The position numbers were made by a program, and so were the translations under genes. A stretch of DNA of 59,732 bases, filler included, from Stramenopiles sp. TOSAG23-3 (taxonomy: Eukaryota): NCBI GenBank assembly GCA_900128585.1. It is 12 parts of 12 records of this genome, joined end to end, with 100 filler letters (N's around TTAATTAATTAA, not from the genome) between each part and the next. Parts side by side here need not be neighbours in the genome. Positions count along the whole stretch, not along the records: positions 30,022 to 34,910 come from LT643677.1; positions 35,011 to 39,881 come from LT643678.1; positions 39,982 to 44,850 come from LT643679.1; 9 more parts are not named here. One strand, 5' to 3'. Below, one piece after another: positions 30,687-40,782 of this stretch. How positions within the stretch are numbered: position 1 is the stretch's first letter; every line of letters starts with the position of its first letter. The notes under the pieces are model-generated. The model was not told the DNA's origin. It saw only the letters and a list, made by a program, of their open reading frames with translations, and did not search any database.

Positions 30687-32183
30687 ATGTTTCCCGTGGA
30701 ACGCATAGCGCGAAGTAACCCGAGCCAGTTGGTGGTTTGTTTGCTCTCGCTACTCCTTTCCACTGCGTGGGCCAAAAAACCCGGCACATTGCGCCCCGTT
30801 CTTGGTTGGAACACTTGGTGCACGGAGAACGAGTGTGGTGAGGATTGGTGCTCTTCGAAGGAAGTACTTTCGGTGGGACTGTCCATGAAAGAAAATGGAC
30901 TTCTAGCTGCTGGGTACGAGTATTTGAATCTTGATGACTGCTGGGGAGTGCGCAACCCTGAGACGTCACACATCGAGGCCGACCTGCGTCGGTTCCCTGA
31001 AGGAATGAAGCATTTTGTTGACAACGTCCACGCGTTAGGATTCAAGGTAGGAGTTTACACGGACATGGGATCGAAAGGCTGCCACCACCCCTTCACAGGT
31101 TCGTGGCCATTTTACGAGCAAGACGCGCAGGATTTTGCAGCGTGGGGCATCGACTACGTTAAATTCGATTATTGTTCGCCGCCAGAAGGCTATACTCCGG
31201 CAGCGCTTACTTCTAATTTTTCCTCTCGTTTGGAAGCATCCGGAAGGGACATATGGCTTAATTTCCATTGCAATTGGTTGACTTTTGAAGACGAAAGGTG
31301 CGCTGAGTACGGAAATTCGTTTCGTATTGCCCCAGACCATGTTGATAGATGGTATTCTACTCTCAAGACAAGTTTCGCCCTGATGGATAGGAGATCGTGG
31401 TGGGGCCAAAGCGCCGCCAGATCGAAGGGATTTCCCGATCCAGATTTTGTTTTCACTGGCGGGGAAGGATGTGGACAGCGCTCGCCCCCAGGCCAACGGT
31501 GTCCTGGCCAGACAGACGAAGAATATCGATCGGAATGGTCGGTAAACGCTATTGCGTCGGGGCAGCTTCTGTTTGCAAGCGATCCCAGAAACATGTCAGC
31601 ACTTCAGCGCAGCATATGGCTGAACCAAGAAGTTCTTGGTGTATTTCAAGATGCCAGCGGTTTAGACAAAGTGAGGATGGTCAGCAACTACAGCAAAAAA
31701 CCACCTGAGAATACGTGCAACGCGGAATTGATGGACCAGCTAAGTCATGGAACGAAGTGCATACGAAATGTAAACTTTGGATGTGTTCAAGGGGATGGGT
31801 TCAAGATCTGGGCAAGTGGTGGCTGTCGCGGTATGTTCAAATGTTTCGGGACACCAGACGTAAATTGCGAGTCAGGGGGGGAAGGTTTTCCAAAACATAA
31901 CAATGTAACCTGCAGTTGTTCCCCCCATGTCCCACAAGTCTGGGTCCGTCCACTGTCACCGCCCGGGCAGATCGCTGTATTATTGTTTAACGCGGGTAAT
32001 GAGGACTCTGACATTACGTTTCAGTTCAACGGTGCCCCGGGGTGGAAAGACACCACAATTGCGTCAGCTCGGGATCTGTGGTTGAAGAAAGATTTAGGAC
32101 GATTTGTGGCGAACTACACTGCAAAAGGCGTTCGTCCTCATTCTTCTGTCTTTTTAAAGCTTTCAATAAAACATGCGGTTTAA
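30687..32183 (+). CDS. Secreted GH27 alpha-galactosidase with an inserted Cys-rich DUF3011/lectin-like module
   Basis: PVLGWNTW, YLNLDDCW, RFPEGM, WGIDYVKFDYC (nucleophile), SFRIAPDH (acid/base), FPDPD and a C-terminal ARDLW sandwich. Confidence 0.93.
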   Translation: MFPVERIARSNPSQLVVCLLSLLLSTAWAKKPGTLRPVLGWNTWCTENECGEDWCSSKEVLSVGLSMKENGLLAAGYEYLNLDDCWGVRNPETSHIEADLRRFPEGMKHFVDNVHALGFKVGVYTDMGSKGCHHPFTGSWPFYEQDAQDFAAWGIDYVKFDYCSPPEGYTPAALTSNFSSRLEASGRDIWLNFHCNWLTFEDERCAEYGNSFRIAPDHVDRWYSTLKTSFALMDRRSWWGQSAARSKGFPDPDFVFTGGEGCGQRSPPGQRCPGQTDEEYRSEWSVNAIASGQLLFASDPRNMSALQRSIWLNQEVLGVFQDASGLDKVRMVSNYSKKPPENTCNAELMDQLSHGTKCIRNVNFGCVQGDGFKIWASGGCRGMFKCFGTPDVNCESGGEGFPKHNNVTCSCSPHVPQVWVRPLSPPGQIAVLLFNAGNEDSDITFQFNGAPGWKDTTIASARDLWLKKDLGRFVANYTAKGVRPHSSVFLKLSIKHAV

Positions 32184-32433
32184 ACTGGGTCTTTCGGGCC
32201 TCCTGGGCCGTGCTTGCAGCCAATTTGCAGCATGTCGGGGTAGGCCCAGCAGCCTGGGTAGGACAGGTTTGATTGGTGAAGCGGCTGTGCGATTTTCCAA
32301 GTAATTAAAAATATTCAATAAGAGATTCGGTATGAACTATTCGGTACCTCTCGTAAATTCTTAATGTCAATATTTTATCTTCTGAAGAAAAATAAACAAA
32401 AATGATGGCTGTCGCATTACCGCGCCCCTCCTT

Positions 32434-34910
32434 TTATCCACACCCCCACCTATACAGTAATCGGTCTGCATCTTCAAAAGTTTTGATTTCATGCACAGTA
32501 CCAAAACCCTCCTGAATTTGGGGCGCAACGAAGCGTTTTTCAAAGCTCTTAATTATTTTCATTTTCGAGGCCGCAGTCCCCGCTTTAATTGTTGGATGGT
32601 TCGTTCTTTTCGCAACGCGTTCACTACACACCAACGCAGGAAAATTGAAAAACACTGCTGCGGTGTGCTTTGGTTCTGGAGAAAACATGGTCTCGAGAAG
32701 TTCCTTTCGTTCTTCTACGGTAACATTGCAGCGGTCAACAACGACATGCTTGCCCCCCCCCCCTCCCTCTTCGACTCTTTCCGTTGCAGTGCTTTTGTAT
32801 TAAATTAAAACACGCTTTGCGACCCAAATCATCTTGATTGCAACGAACAAATTCGCCATGGCCATTCAATACCATTTGTTTTGCAAAAGAGCTTTTCCCA
32901 CTTCCGGGAAACCCGACGAGAACGATGTATTTTGGACATCGCTTTCTTGCAGATTTTCGTGCTTTCATAGCGTCTATTTCCGCTTTCTTGAGCTTTGCTT
33001 TGGTCCTAGACGTGCTTTTCTTGCACGAAACTTTCAGATCGTTCAACATGTCAGATGCCGATTGGAAGCCTTCTTCCGACTCGGAAGAGTTTTCCGACAG
33101 TTGACGCACCAATTCCAATGGCTTCAGATCACCACCTGCCATCAATGCACTGTTCTTCTCACGGTCTTCCATGTCCTTTGCAAGCCTCTTCCAAAGGAGC
33201 TTGGAATAATCTCGAATGAAACGTTCTTGGCGCTCAGTTTCTATAGATCCTGGGCGCCGAGAGCGGACGATTTTCATCACGCTTTCACTGTTCAAGAAAT
33301 GGGGAGCTGCGCTGCCAGCCCCAGCTTCGTCTGCCTCAATTTCTTTCTTGACTTGAGAGAGGATACCATTTGATCCGTACCGAAGCAGCAGACAACTAAT
33401 TACGGTGCCTGCTCGACCCTTCCCTCCCCCACAATGTACCATTACTTTCCCACCTCTCAAAATTTCCATTCGCACCGTTTTCTCAATCAATACCATTTGC
33501 TCTATAGACGGGGGGTTGTAGTTGGGAACAGGGACAAACATGTTTCGTATTGACTTCGTATGTTGAAACCAGCTTTCGTTCAAAGGCTCTTCTTCCGTTA
33601 AAGTGATTATCAAGGTAACTCCAAGGGCCTGTAGCGCGAGCACATGATTTTCGTGTTTGGGAGTCGAGGAGGCTGCAACCTCATCAGGCAAAATGAAGGA
33701 AAAGTTTCGCATCATTGTGATGCTCTTTTCTACTGTACCTTTGCCCTCTGGTGTTGCGACCTGCACTTGCAGCCTTTCCCGAGGGTTTGGCGCAGCATTG
33801 GAGGCGTGGACCAAATGCCCATGCCTTTCAAATGCAGCCTCCACCTCCTTCATGCATCCCCGTAAGTATTCGTAAGAATAGTCGACATCAATCTGATTTT
33901 TCTCCATTTTTCGTTTCATCCAATGGCCATCTTCTATGTTTTGTATAAAATCAGACCGGACCAGCTTGCAGCGGCTTCTGTTCCACTTCCTATCATCCAT
34001 GCGAAGGTACACCCCCTCCACTGTCCCACCATCCGTTCGAAACTCAGACTTTGTTTCTAAAAGGGGCAGCAATTCCAATGGGTCCCTAAATTTGCGCTTC
34101 GTGATTAGGGGGACGACAGGAATAGGAGATTGCTGCAAATCAAACCCAAGCTTTCTTCCAGCGTTTTTTATGGTCTCATGAAACCGCCGGACACTATAAA
34201 ACAAGTCCGTTTCTCGATCGTACAAATCAAATGCAATGAAGTATCCGGGCAGTTTCTTGTATGGAATGGAATGCCGAGCGACGCACCATTCACCGTACAA
34301 AATATGACGGCCTGGAACGAGCAAGATATGTAAAAATTGGGCATGGGAATCTAGCCACAAGTCCAGGGATCCGTATTGAGGGGAATCAGCACTACAGACG
34401 TACTTGGAACGGTTTTGGCACAAAAAGTTCCCGTCGTAGCCAATAGAAATCCCCAAGTTTGCACCATCGATCTTTTCTTGAACATAGATTTCAGTTTTTC
34501 CGTCGCAAAACTTTGCAATATCGTTCCTGCTGAGCAAAAGATCGTCTCTGGTAATTGCCGACTTGACGGTAGCGGCTTTTGTTCGCTGGGACCCACGCGT
34601 TTGGCAGCCCCACTTAGAACTGTCACTTTCCGACGCATCGTAGATATGCTTGGTCCTGGGGAACTTGCGGAACTGCGGCATTGCCTGGTTTATACCGAGC
34701 TGGGACCTGCATTGCCGCAGGAGCAGTAAAATCCTTTCTCTACGACGGCAAGCATTTGCTTTGACCTTTTGCTCTTCCGATAGGCTGTCTTCCATCCCAA
34801 ATGCCTGCTCCAAGGTCGGAAGGGCCTCGCTGTAGTCGCCCATTCGCACCTGGGCTGCGCCTTTGAACGATACTATCGCCGCAACAAGATTTTGCAGGTC
34901 CACCAGTTCG
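32434..34910 (-). CDS. Multidomain RNA-repair protein: TPR, ATP-dependent RNA ligase, Cys-based (DSP/PTP) phosphatase and P-loop polynucleotide kinase. 5'-truncated, with a one-base frameshift in the G11 run at 32753-32763
   Basis: Ligase KFPRTKH, EKIDGAN, ILYGEW, FIAFDLYD, EGVYLR, KLVRSDF. Phosphatase HCGGGKGRAGT, RPGSIET. Kinase GFPGSGKS, NQDDLG, then VVVDRCN...R.NHPTI...EGF in the shifted frame. Confidence 0.9.
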
Positions 34911-35151
34911 NNNNNNNNNNNNNNNNNNNNNNNNNNNNNNNNNNNNNNNNNNNNTTAATTAATTAANNNNNNNNNNNNNNNNNNNNNNNNNNNNNNNNNN
35001 NNNNNNNNNNGCAGGCAGACAGAAGAAAGAAGGAGGAGTCGGTGGGGAAGAGTGGTGGACAGAGGATTTACCACCAAATATTTTTTCTAATCCAAAGCCG
35101 ATTTAGTGGTCAATAATATATTTGATTTAATAAAAGGAGCAACCCTCACAC

Positions 35152-37659
35152 TCAGAGCTGAGGCGGAAAGAATTTCGCGGACGACTGCTCTTTCACCCTT
35201 GTGCCGTGTTGGTGGATGGAATAGTACACATCCAAAAGCGATTCTTTGGCGTTCGAGAGGGCATATATGCCACGCCCAAACGTCGCCACAACCAATGTGT
35301 CGCTGTAATGTTCGTAGCTGATGGCACTGCAGAGTACGTTGGGAAATTCTGCGCTGGATCCGAACCTAACCCATTGAGCATCATCGACCCTGTCGCCATC
35401 GCTTCCAATAAAGGCGACCATGACGCCTTTGCTGGTACTGACAAGGAGTGCCATTGCTTTGTTTTCCAGCAGATCCACAATCATAAGACCACTTGGTCGA
35501 ACAATTCCGACGACCCCGCTGGCTTCTCGAAGGTTCTTTGTCACGTTGTGCCATATGTACCCTGCATCAAGAGTCACCCACACTTCTTCGTTTCTGGAGT
35601 TTTCATGCACGGAGGGCCAGCCTGTCACTGCAATTATGCTCGAGTTGGAGGCAGAGACTGCCATGGAAACGGTCCTGCCATGGGTCACGGGGCCAAGGAT
35701 CCTTGCCCCCTTGTTCGTTGCATCGTACGGGAGCGTCACAGGGACGGCAAATGTTGTGGGAAGGGCGTGCGTGATCATGTCCCCGCCGGTGTTGGCACTT
35801 TTTACGTAAAGATTGTTATTGCTCATTCCAATGATCAGATCCTGGTCAGGCTTTCCATTCGTATACCCACCAGAGACAAAGTCCAGGAAGAAGCTGCCTT
35901 CGGGGCTTTTCAAGATCATGTCTGGAGGCGGGATGTCTTTCTTACTCTCCACACCCGGCTTTATTACGAAGCGGTAAAAAGCGCTTGCCCTGTTCTCGGT
36001 ACCATTTGCCCAGAAGTACAGATGCGTTGGATCTTGAGAATTCAAAGCGTAAGGCTGAACGAAGTACGGAAAGGAGGACGGCTCGGGAAAGTACACGTCG
36101 ATCGGCACATTGATGAACTTGTCGCCTTGGACAAAGCACAATCCACCGCAATCATCGCCGTCGTCGTCTTTCTCCCCGTCGTCCCCTTCCAAGGTGGGGT
36201 CGATGTAAATGGTGCCAACCCCGAGAAACTGCGTCGTTCCGTAAAGCCGGGCCGGGGACTGGACGTTGTCCACCAGCGTAACCGTGCCATCGCCTTCCAC
36301 AAACCCAACCGCGGTGGAGGTCGGTGCAGCATTTGGTTCAGTCACTTGGGCACAGTTGTCTTGTGCCCCAGCGACAAACCGGTTGTTCCGGTTGTCGTAG
36401 TGGGCGCTCAGAAGCTCCATTGACCCGTAGTTGCCGTTCAAGGAAACCCACACGGAACCAGAGACCCGCGGTTGAAACCGCGCGAATATTCCTCCGTCGG
36501 ATACCAGGACCAAGCGACCCCCCTCGTGGTCCCAAGCGTAGTTCCTGCAATCTCCGTGCGGGAGCGATCCGTCCGGGACATCGGGTTTGTCCCACATTTT
36601 TGTCCAAGTGCCGGTCGTAACGTTGACCCGCCACGCCAAAGCGCCCGCATTACCTGCAACGTACATCAGGTCCGAGACCTCGGGGTCTGCAATCACCGCC
36701 ATCCGGTCCTTCGGCATGGCGTCCTGGTCCATCGATTCGTCTTGGGGAAACGTTTGCCAGGCTTTGGACCCAGCTTTCTTAACAAAGAACTGGGAGTTCG
36801 TAGACGACACGTTTGCAGCTTCTGCTGTGAGTCCCGCAACGATCAAATCCCCATTTCCCATTTCCGCAGCGCAGGTGTAGAAAGGGTACGTGTTCTCCTC
36901 CCAGGCTAATTGCCCAAAGTCGTTCCACGTTACGCCCGCGTCTGTACTGATCGAAACGGAGTTCTTTGCGGAGCGTGCATGCGTCGCCACCAGCACGTGG
37001 CCGTCGTTCTGGACACTTTGCAGAGCAGTCAGCGTAAAGGTTGGCAAATTGAGCACTTTGACAAGGGCACGCTGGTCCGTTGATGTGTCAAGTCTCCAAA
37101 CGCCCCCGTCGTTGCGGTCCCAAAGGTGAGACTGCGCCGCGACAAGAATGATGCCCGGCTCGGTCTCGCGGATTGCGGTGATGTAGTAGTTCGGTGGAAA
37201 ATCTTCCATCATTTTCCAGGTTGAGCCTTGGTCAGCTGAGTACATGACTCCGCCCCAGTCTCCAGAATTCATAACATTCCAATCAGAGCCTTGCTCGCTA
37301 GAAGTAGAACCCCCGCAGCCAGCGTAAACCCGGTGGGAATCCGTGGACGAGACGTGAAGTGCAGATATGGACGAGCAAGTAACTGGCTGACCGTCGAGAA
37401 CGTTTTCCCACGACGGGTTTTTTTCCTGAAGGGTTCGAGTCCGCCATACGCCGCCGTTTACACTTCCAACGAACCACGTCCCTTCCGAGGACGAAACGGC
37501 ATCTTGGATCGCACCAGCGCTTGTGATCTTTAAGTCATCGTCGCGGGTGTAGTAAGTCGTTGGGCCTTTCCATTCCCAACCGGCCGCGGCAGCGCTGCAC
37601 CCGACGATGGCCAAAAGCCCCAAAACGACAAAGCGGGTGGAGCGGAGTGGTTTGTTCAT
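35152..37659 (-). CDS. Secreted BNR/Asp-box beta-propeller protein (GH74/VPS10-like fold)
   Basis: Signal peptide; GSVNGGVWRT, YSADQGSTW, STDAGVTW, TLDAGYIW, SDGGIF, AGAQDN and ATFGRGIY. Single exon. Confidence 0.85.
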   Translation of the reverse strand: MNKPLRSTRFVVLGLLAIVGCSAAAAGWEWKGPTTYYTRDDDLKITSAGAIQDAVSSSEGTWFVGSVNGGVWRTRTLQEKNPSWENVLDGQPVTCSSISALHVSSTDSHRVYAGCGGSTSSEQGSDWNVMNSGDWGGVMYSADQGSTWKMMEDFPPNYYITAIRETEPGIILVAAQSHLWDRNDGGVWRLDTSTDQRALVKVLNLPTFTLTALQSVQNDGHVLVATHARSAKNSVSISTDAGVTWNDFGQLAWEENTYPFYTCAAEMGNGDLIVAGLTAEAANVSSTNSQFFVKKAGSKAWQTFPQDESMDQDAMPKDRMAVIADPEVSDLMYVAGNAGALAWRVNVTTGTWTKMWDKPDVPDGSLPHGDCRNYAWDHEGGRLVLVSDGGIFARFQPRVSGSVWVSLNGNYGSMELLSAHYDNRNNRFVAGAQDNCAQVTEPNAAPTSTAVGFVEGDGTVTLVDNVQSPARLYGTTQFLGVGTIYIDPTLEGDDGEKDDDGDDCGGLCFVQGDKFINVPIDVYFPEPSSFPYFVQPYALNSQDPTHLYFWANGTENRASAFYRFVIKPGVESKKDIPPPDMILKSPEGSFFLDFVSGGYTNGKPDQDLIIGMSNNNLYVKSANTGGDMITHALPTTFAVPVTLPYDATNKGARILGPVTHGRTVSMAVSASNSSIIAVTGWPSVHENSRNEEVWVTLDAGYIWHNVTKNLREASGVVGIVRPSGLMIVDLLENKAMALLVSTSKGVMVAFIGSDGDRVDDAQWVRFGSSAEFPNVLCSAISYEHYSDTLVVATFGRGIYALSNAKESLLDVYYSIHQHGTRVKEQSSAKFFPPQL

Positions 37660-38504
37660 ATTCGTTGCCAAACGATAAGTTTTATAATTTCTTCCTGAAA
37701 ACGAGGAGATGCAATTGTTTGAAAGGTGAAAACGAAATATTTCATCGCGTCACATTACGCACTATTCGTTTTTAAGTAAACTAAATCAACAGTTATGAAA
37801 TAAATGGAAACGAGTTACTGTGTGAAAATATTGGATTTATTAATTAATATATCCGCCGGATAACTCAAAAAAAAAAAAAAGATATTTCTTCTTCTTTCTT
37901 ATATTAATTACTCCTCGTATTATTACTTAGACTATTAGACTAATAAATACTACTTCTTCTATTTTTATTAGAACTAATAAAATATTATTATATTATTATA
38001 TATGAAATAGCAAGGTGATAGAAAAACAAGAGCAACCAAGGTGGCTGAAGAAGAAAAGTTGAAAAAAAACATAATAAAATTAAAAAAATTGAATCTATAA
38101 AGCATTCACCAAAATTTCTATTGTAAAGTATTACAATAGTAGTTAGTTAGTTAGTTATTTTTTTAGAATAGAGTTATCCTATTTTTTTATTTTAGACTAA
38201 GCTTGCAAATAGTCTATGCTGTTTACTGCCGTTCAAATATTCCTCCGTTTAGCTTCGTTCTTTTTCTTTTTTCTCTGTCATATAGAACGTATGGTGACTA
38301 TCATATTTAGCTAACGTTCATATTCTTTGTGCTGTCACGTGTTACTTTTTTGTTTCCTATTTTTCGTAAATGGTAATCTTGAAGTCGTTGTCGTTATAGG
38401 TCGCTTCCCCTCTTTTTTCGTCGTTTTATTGTCATCTTCTTCTTCCTTCGTCTTCTTGTTGTTTGTATACTTTGTTGTTATTCTTATTTCCCTTTATATT
38501 GGTG

Positions 38505-39881
38505 TCATTCATTCCCATTGGGTTTGTTAAGAAGTTGCCATTGGTAGTGGAGTATTTTGTTTCTTATATCGGGTTTGCATCGTTCAAGTCTAGTACGGGT
38601 TGTCGTCCCAAGGTTTTTCTCTTTTGGGAATTTCGGTCTTCCTAGTCGTATCCCGTACGGGTGGTGTGGGTACATCGCCATTGTGATTTTCTTTTTTATT
38701 GTTTTCCACTGGTGGTCGTGTCCTTCCATCTTGTTGATGCTTTTTAGAATAGTTTGCGGTGGGTAGCCGTTTTCTAGGCATTCCTCTATGTATGGTATCA
38801 CCGCGTGTGTTAGTCGTTTGTCTTTCTTATGCTGTCTCTGCCCCGTGAGTATTTCCATTCTTAGAAATTTTCCCACGATTTTTGCCTGGTGTCTTTCTGT
38901 TGGGCCCCACGATTCGTATGGAACGATGAGTTTTAGCTTTCTTTTTTCTCCATGTTTAAAGTGTTCTTCGTTCTTATACTTGTATCGTATGGTGAGATCG
39001 TCGCATTTTTTCGTTGTGTTGATTTCAACTTCTAGGAAGTTTGATGATCCGTCTTTATTTACTGGTTCATCTATTATCCTGATTGGTGTTTTAAACACTC
39101 CTTTTTTGTTGTTTCTTTTATCTGTGTATAGTTCGTCCAGTATCTTTTTTCCTGTTTCCAGTGTTTCCTTGTTTGTTTTATCGTATGCAACTACCGATAT
39201 CATGTCGTCTACGAATCGGAGTATTGTTGTGCGTTGGAATTCTGTAGGGTTTTGGTCCGCCCATTGCTCCATAGCCGTTGCTGCTATGCTGTTTGCGCCT
39301 GGTGGTGCGACCGCTTCTCCCATAGGGAATCCAATTTTTTGCTGTTTGATTTTCTTCCCAAGTTTATAGTACTGGTTTTCGAGTGCGTATTGGAGTATAT
39401 CCATCACTTCGTCTCCGGATATGATGGTGTATCGTCGATCTCCGAGTGTTCCTCTCGTTGTGTTTGTGACTCCGTTTCTTCCTCTCTTTCTAACTTTGTA
39501 CAGGTTCGTTTTCTTTTTGTAGCGTTGTCGGAGGTATTTGACCGCTTGTAGTGCTTCGGTGTGTTCGCATGTGGTAAAGAAGTCTTTTATATCTCCGGGT
39601 TTAAATAGAAATCTCGTATTTTTTCCATATATGCTGATTCTGGTTTTTTCTCTTTGCCAGTGCGTTTTTATCTTTAGTACGTTGTCTATGTGCCAGTTTC
39701 GTGTTTTTAGTGTGGCTTTGTTTATCCAGAAATTTATTACTCGCGCTGTTATGCTTAGTAATGTTTTATTTCTTGTCCTGAAGCTGGGTCGTACTGGTCG
39801 TTGTCGTGTAATATCTTTTTCTTTATTGAGATTATACACTGGTCCTGGTATTTCTCCACTCTCTTTGAGTCGTACGATATG
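38505..39881 (-). mobile_element. Penelope-like retroelement reverse transcriptase; 5'-truncated, no endonuclease after the thumb
   Basis: YNLNKEKD..RQRP (motifs 1-2), GDIKDFFT (A), QKIGFPMGEAVAP (B'), RFVDDM (C), NFLEVEI (E) and thumb ENGYP. The frame is open to the contig edge and the coding strand is strongly A-rich. Confidence 0.8.
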
Positions 39882-39981
39882 NNNNNNNNNNNNNNNNNNN
39901 NNNNNNNNNNNNNNNNNNNNNNNNNTTAATTAATTAANNNNNNNNNNNNNNNNNNNNNNNNNNNNNNNNNNNNNNNNNNNN

Positions 39982-40130
39982 CGTCGTTGTCAGCCATTGG
40001 GTCACAATACCGTCCAAAGCCTGCGATTGTTCCGGTCACCGGAAAACTTAGAGTTGTCGACGCATACGCTCCTTGCCCCAACACTGGCGTGATTACGGCG
40101 GACGCGTTCGCATCACTCGCCTACGATTAA
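39982..40130 (+). CDS. 3' end of an unidentified gene
   Basis: Stop-free frame ...SQYRPKPAIVPVTGKLRVVDAYAPCPNTGVITADAFASLAYD* with coding-like GC content. Confidence 0.45.
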
Positions 40131-40298
40131 AACGAAAATTTTATATTTAGAATATATTATGCAGTGATTACATTATATAATATTATTTTATATATTATTA
40201 TGTATTGTATATTATTATAGACCTTCGTGTTGCACTTGGTTTGATGCGTACCAAAAAAAATAATTAACCAACAATTCAACCTCAACCCTCAAGATACC

Positions 40299-40510
40299 AT
40301 GTTCCTTTTCTTCGTCTTAATAGCTACGGCGCACGCGTGCACCTGCAACCTCCCTCCAGGAACCTACTACGCCGTAGACGACGCAAACGCTTTGGCGTGC
40401 GAGTCCTCCAGGTACGTCGAGTGTCCGAAGGGAAGTTTCTGCCCAGGCGGACTGAGATGCGGCGCAGATCAAGGCATCTACAAATGTCAAGCAGGGAGAT
40501 ATGGCGCGTT
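40299..40510 (+). pseudogene. Start of a secreted Cys-rich (GCC2/GCC3-like) protein that runs into AT-rich DNA; truncated gene or first exon
   Basis: Signal peptide, CPKGSFCPGG and CQAGRYG. Coding character ends at ~40508. Confidence 0.5.
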
Positions 40511-40598
40511 TATTATTATTATTATATCATACCTATAATATCTATTTATTTTTTTTTGAAATTTTCTCTCTCTGTATGTGATGTGTGGTGTAAAAAAA

Positions 40599-40671
40599 CT
40601 GTTATTTAAGTAATTAAATTTAGCTTCTAATTATATAGTATGTTTTAAGACTCTCAAGATTATCCCAATTG
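40599..40671 (-). repeat. Dispersed repeat copy
   Basis: 36-bp exact inverted match to 1837-1872, plus the CTGTTATTTAAGTAATTAAATTTAGCTTC module. Confidence 0.85.
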
Positions 40672-40782
40672 TAAAATCAATTCATTACAATGACTAATAA
40701 AAATCAAAATCGGTCAAGACCATCATTATTCATTCCTATGATATGTGTGGTGTATATTATTAGTTATTAAATAAAGAAAATG

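Noticed and set aside
38505..39881. Telomerase (TERT) or group II intron RT
   Set aside because: The GFPMG B' motif, the YxLxKxK..RP pattern and the NGYP thumb fit PLEs better, and no TERT or maturase features are visible. Phylogeny is needed for certainty.
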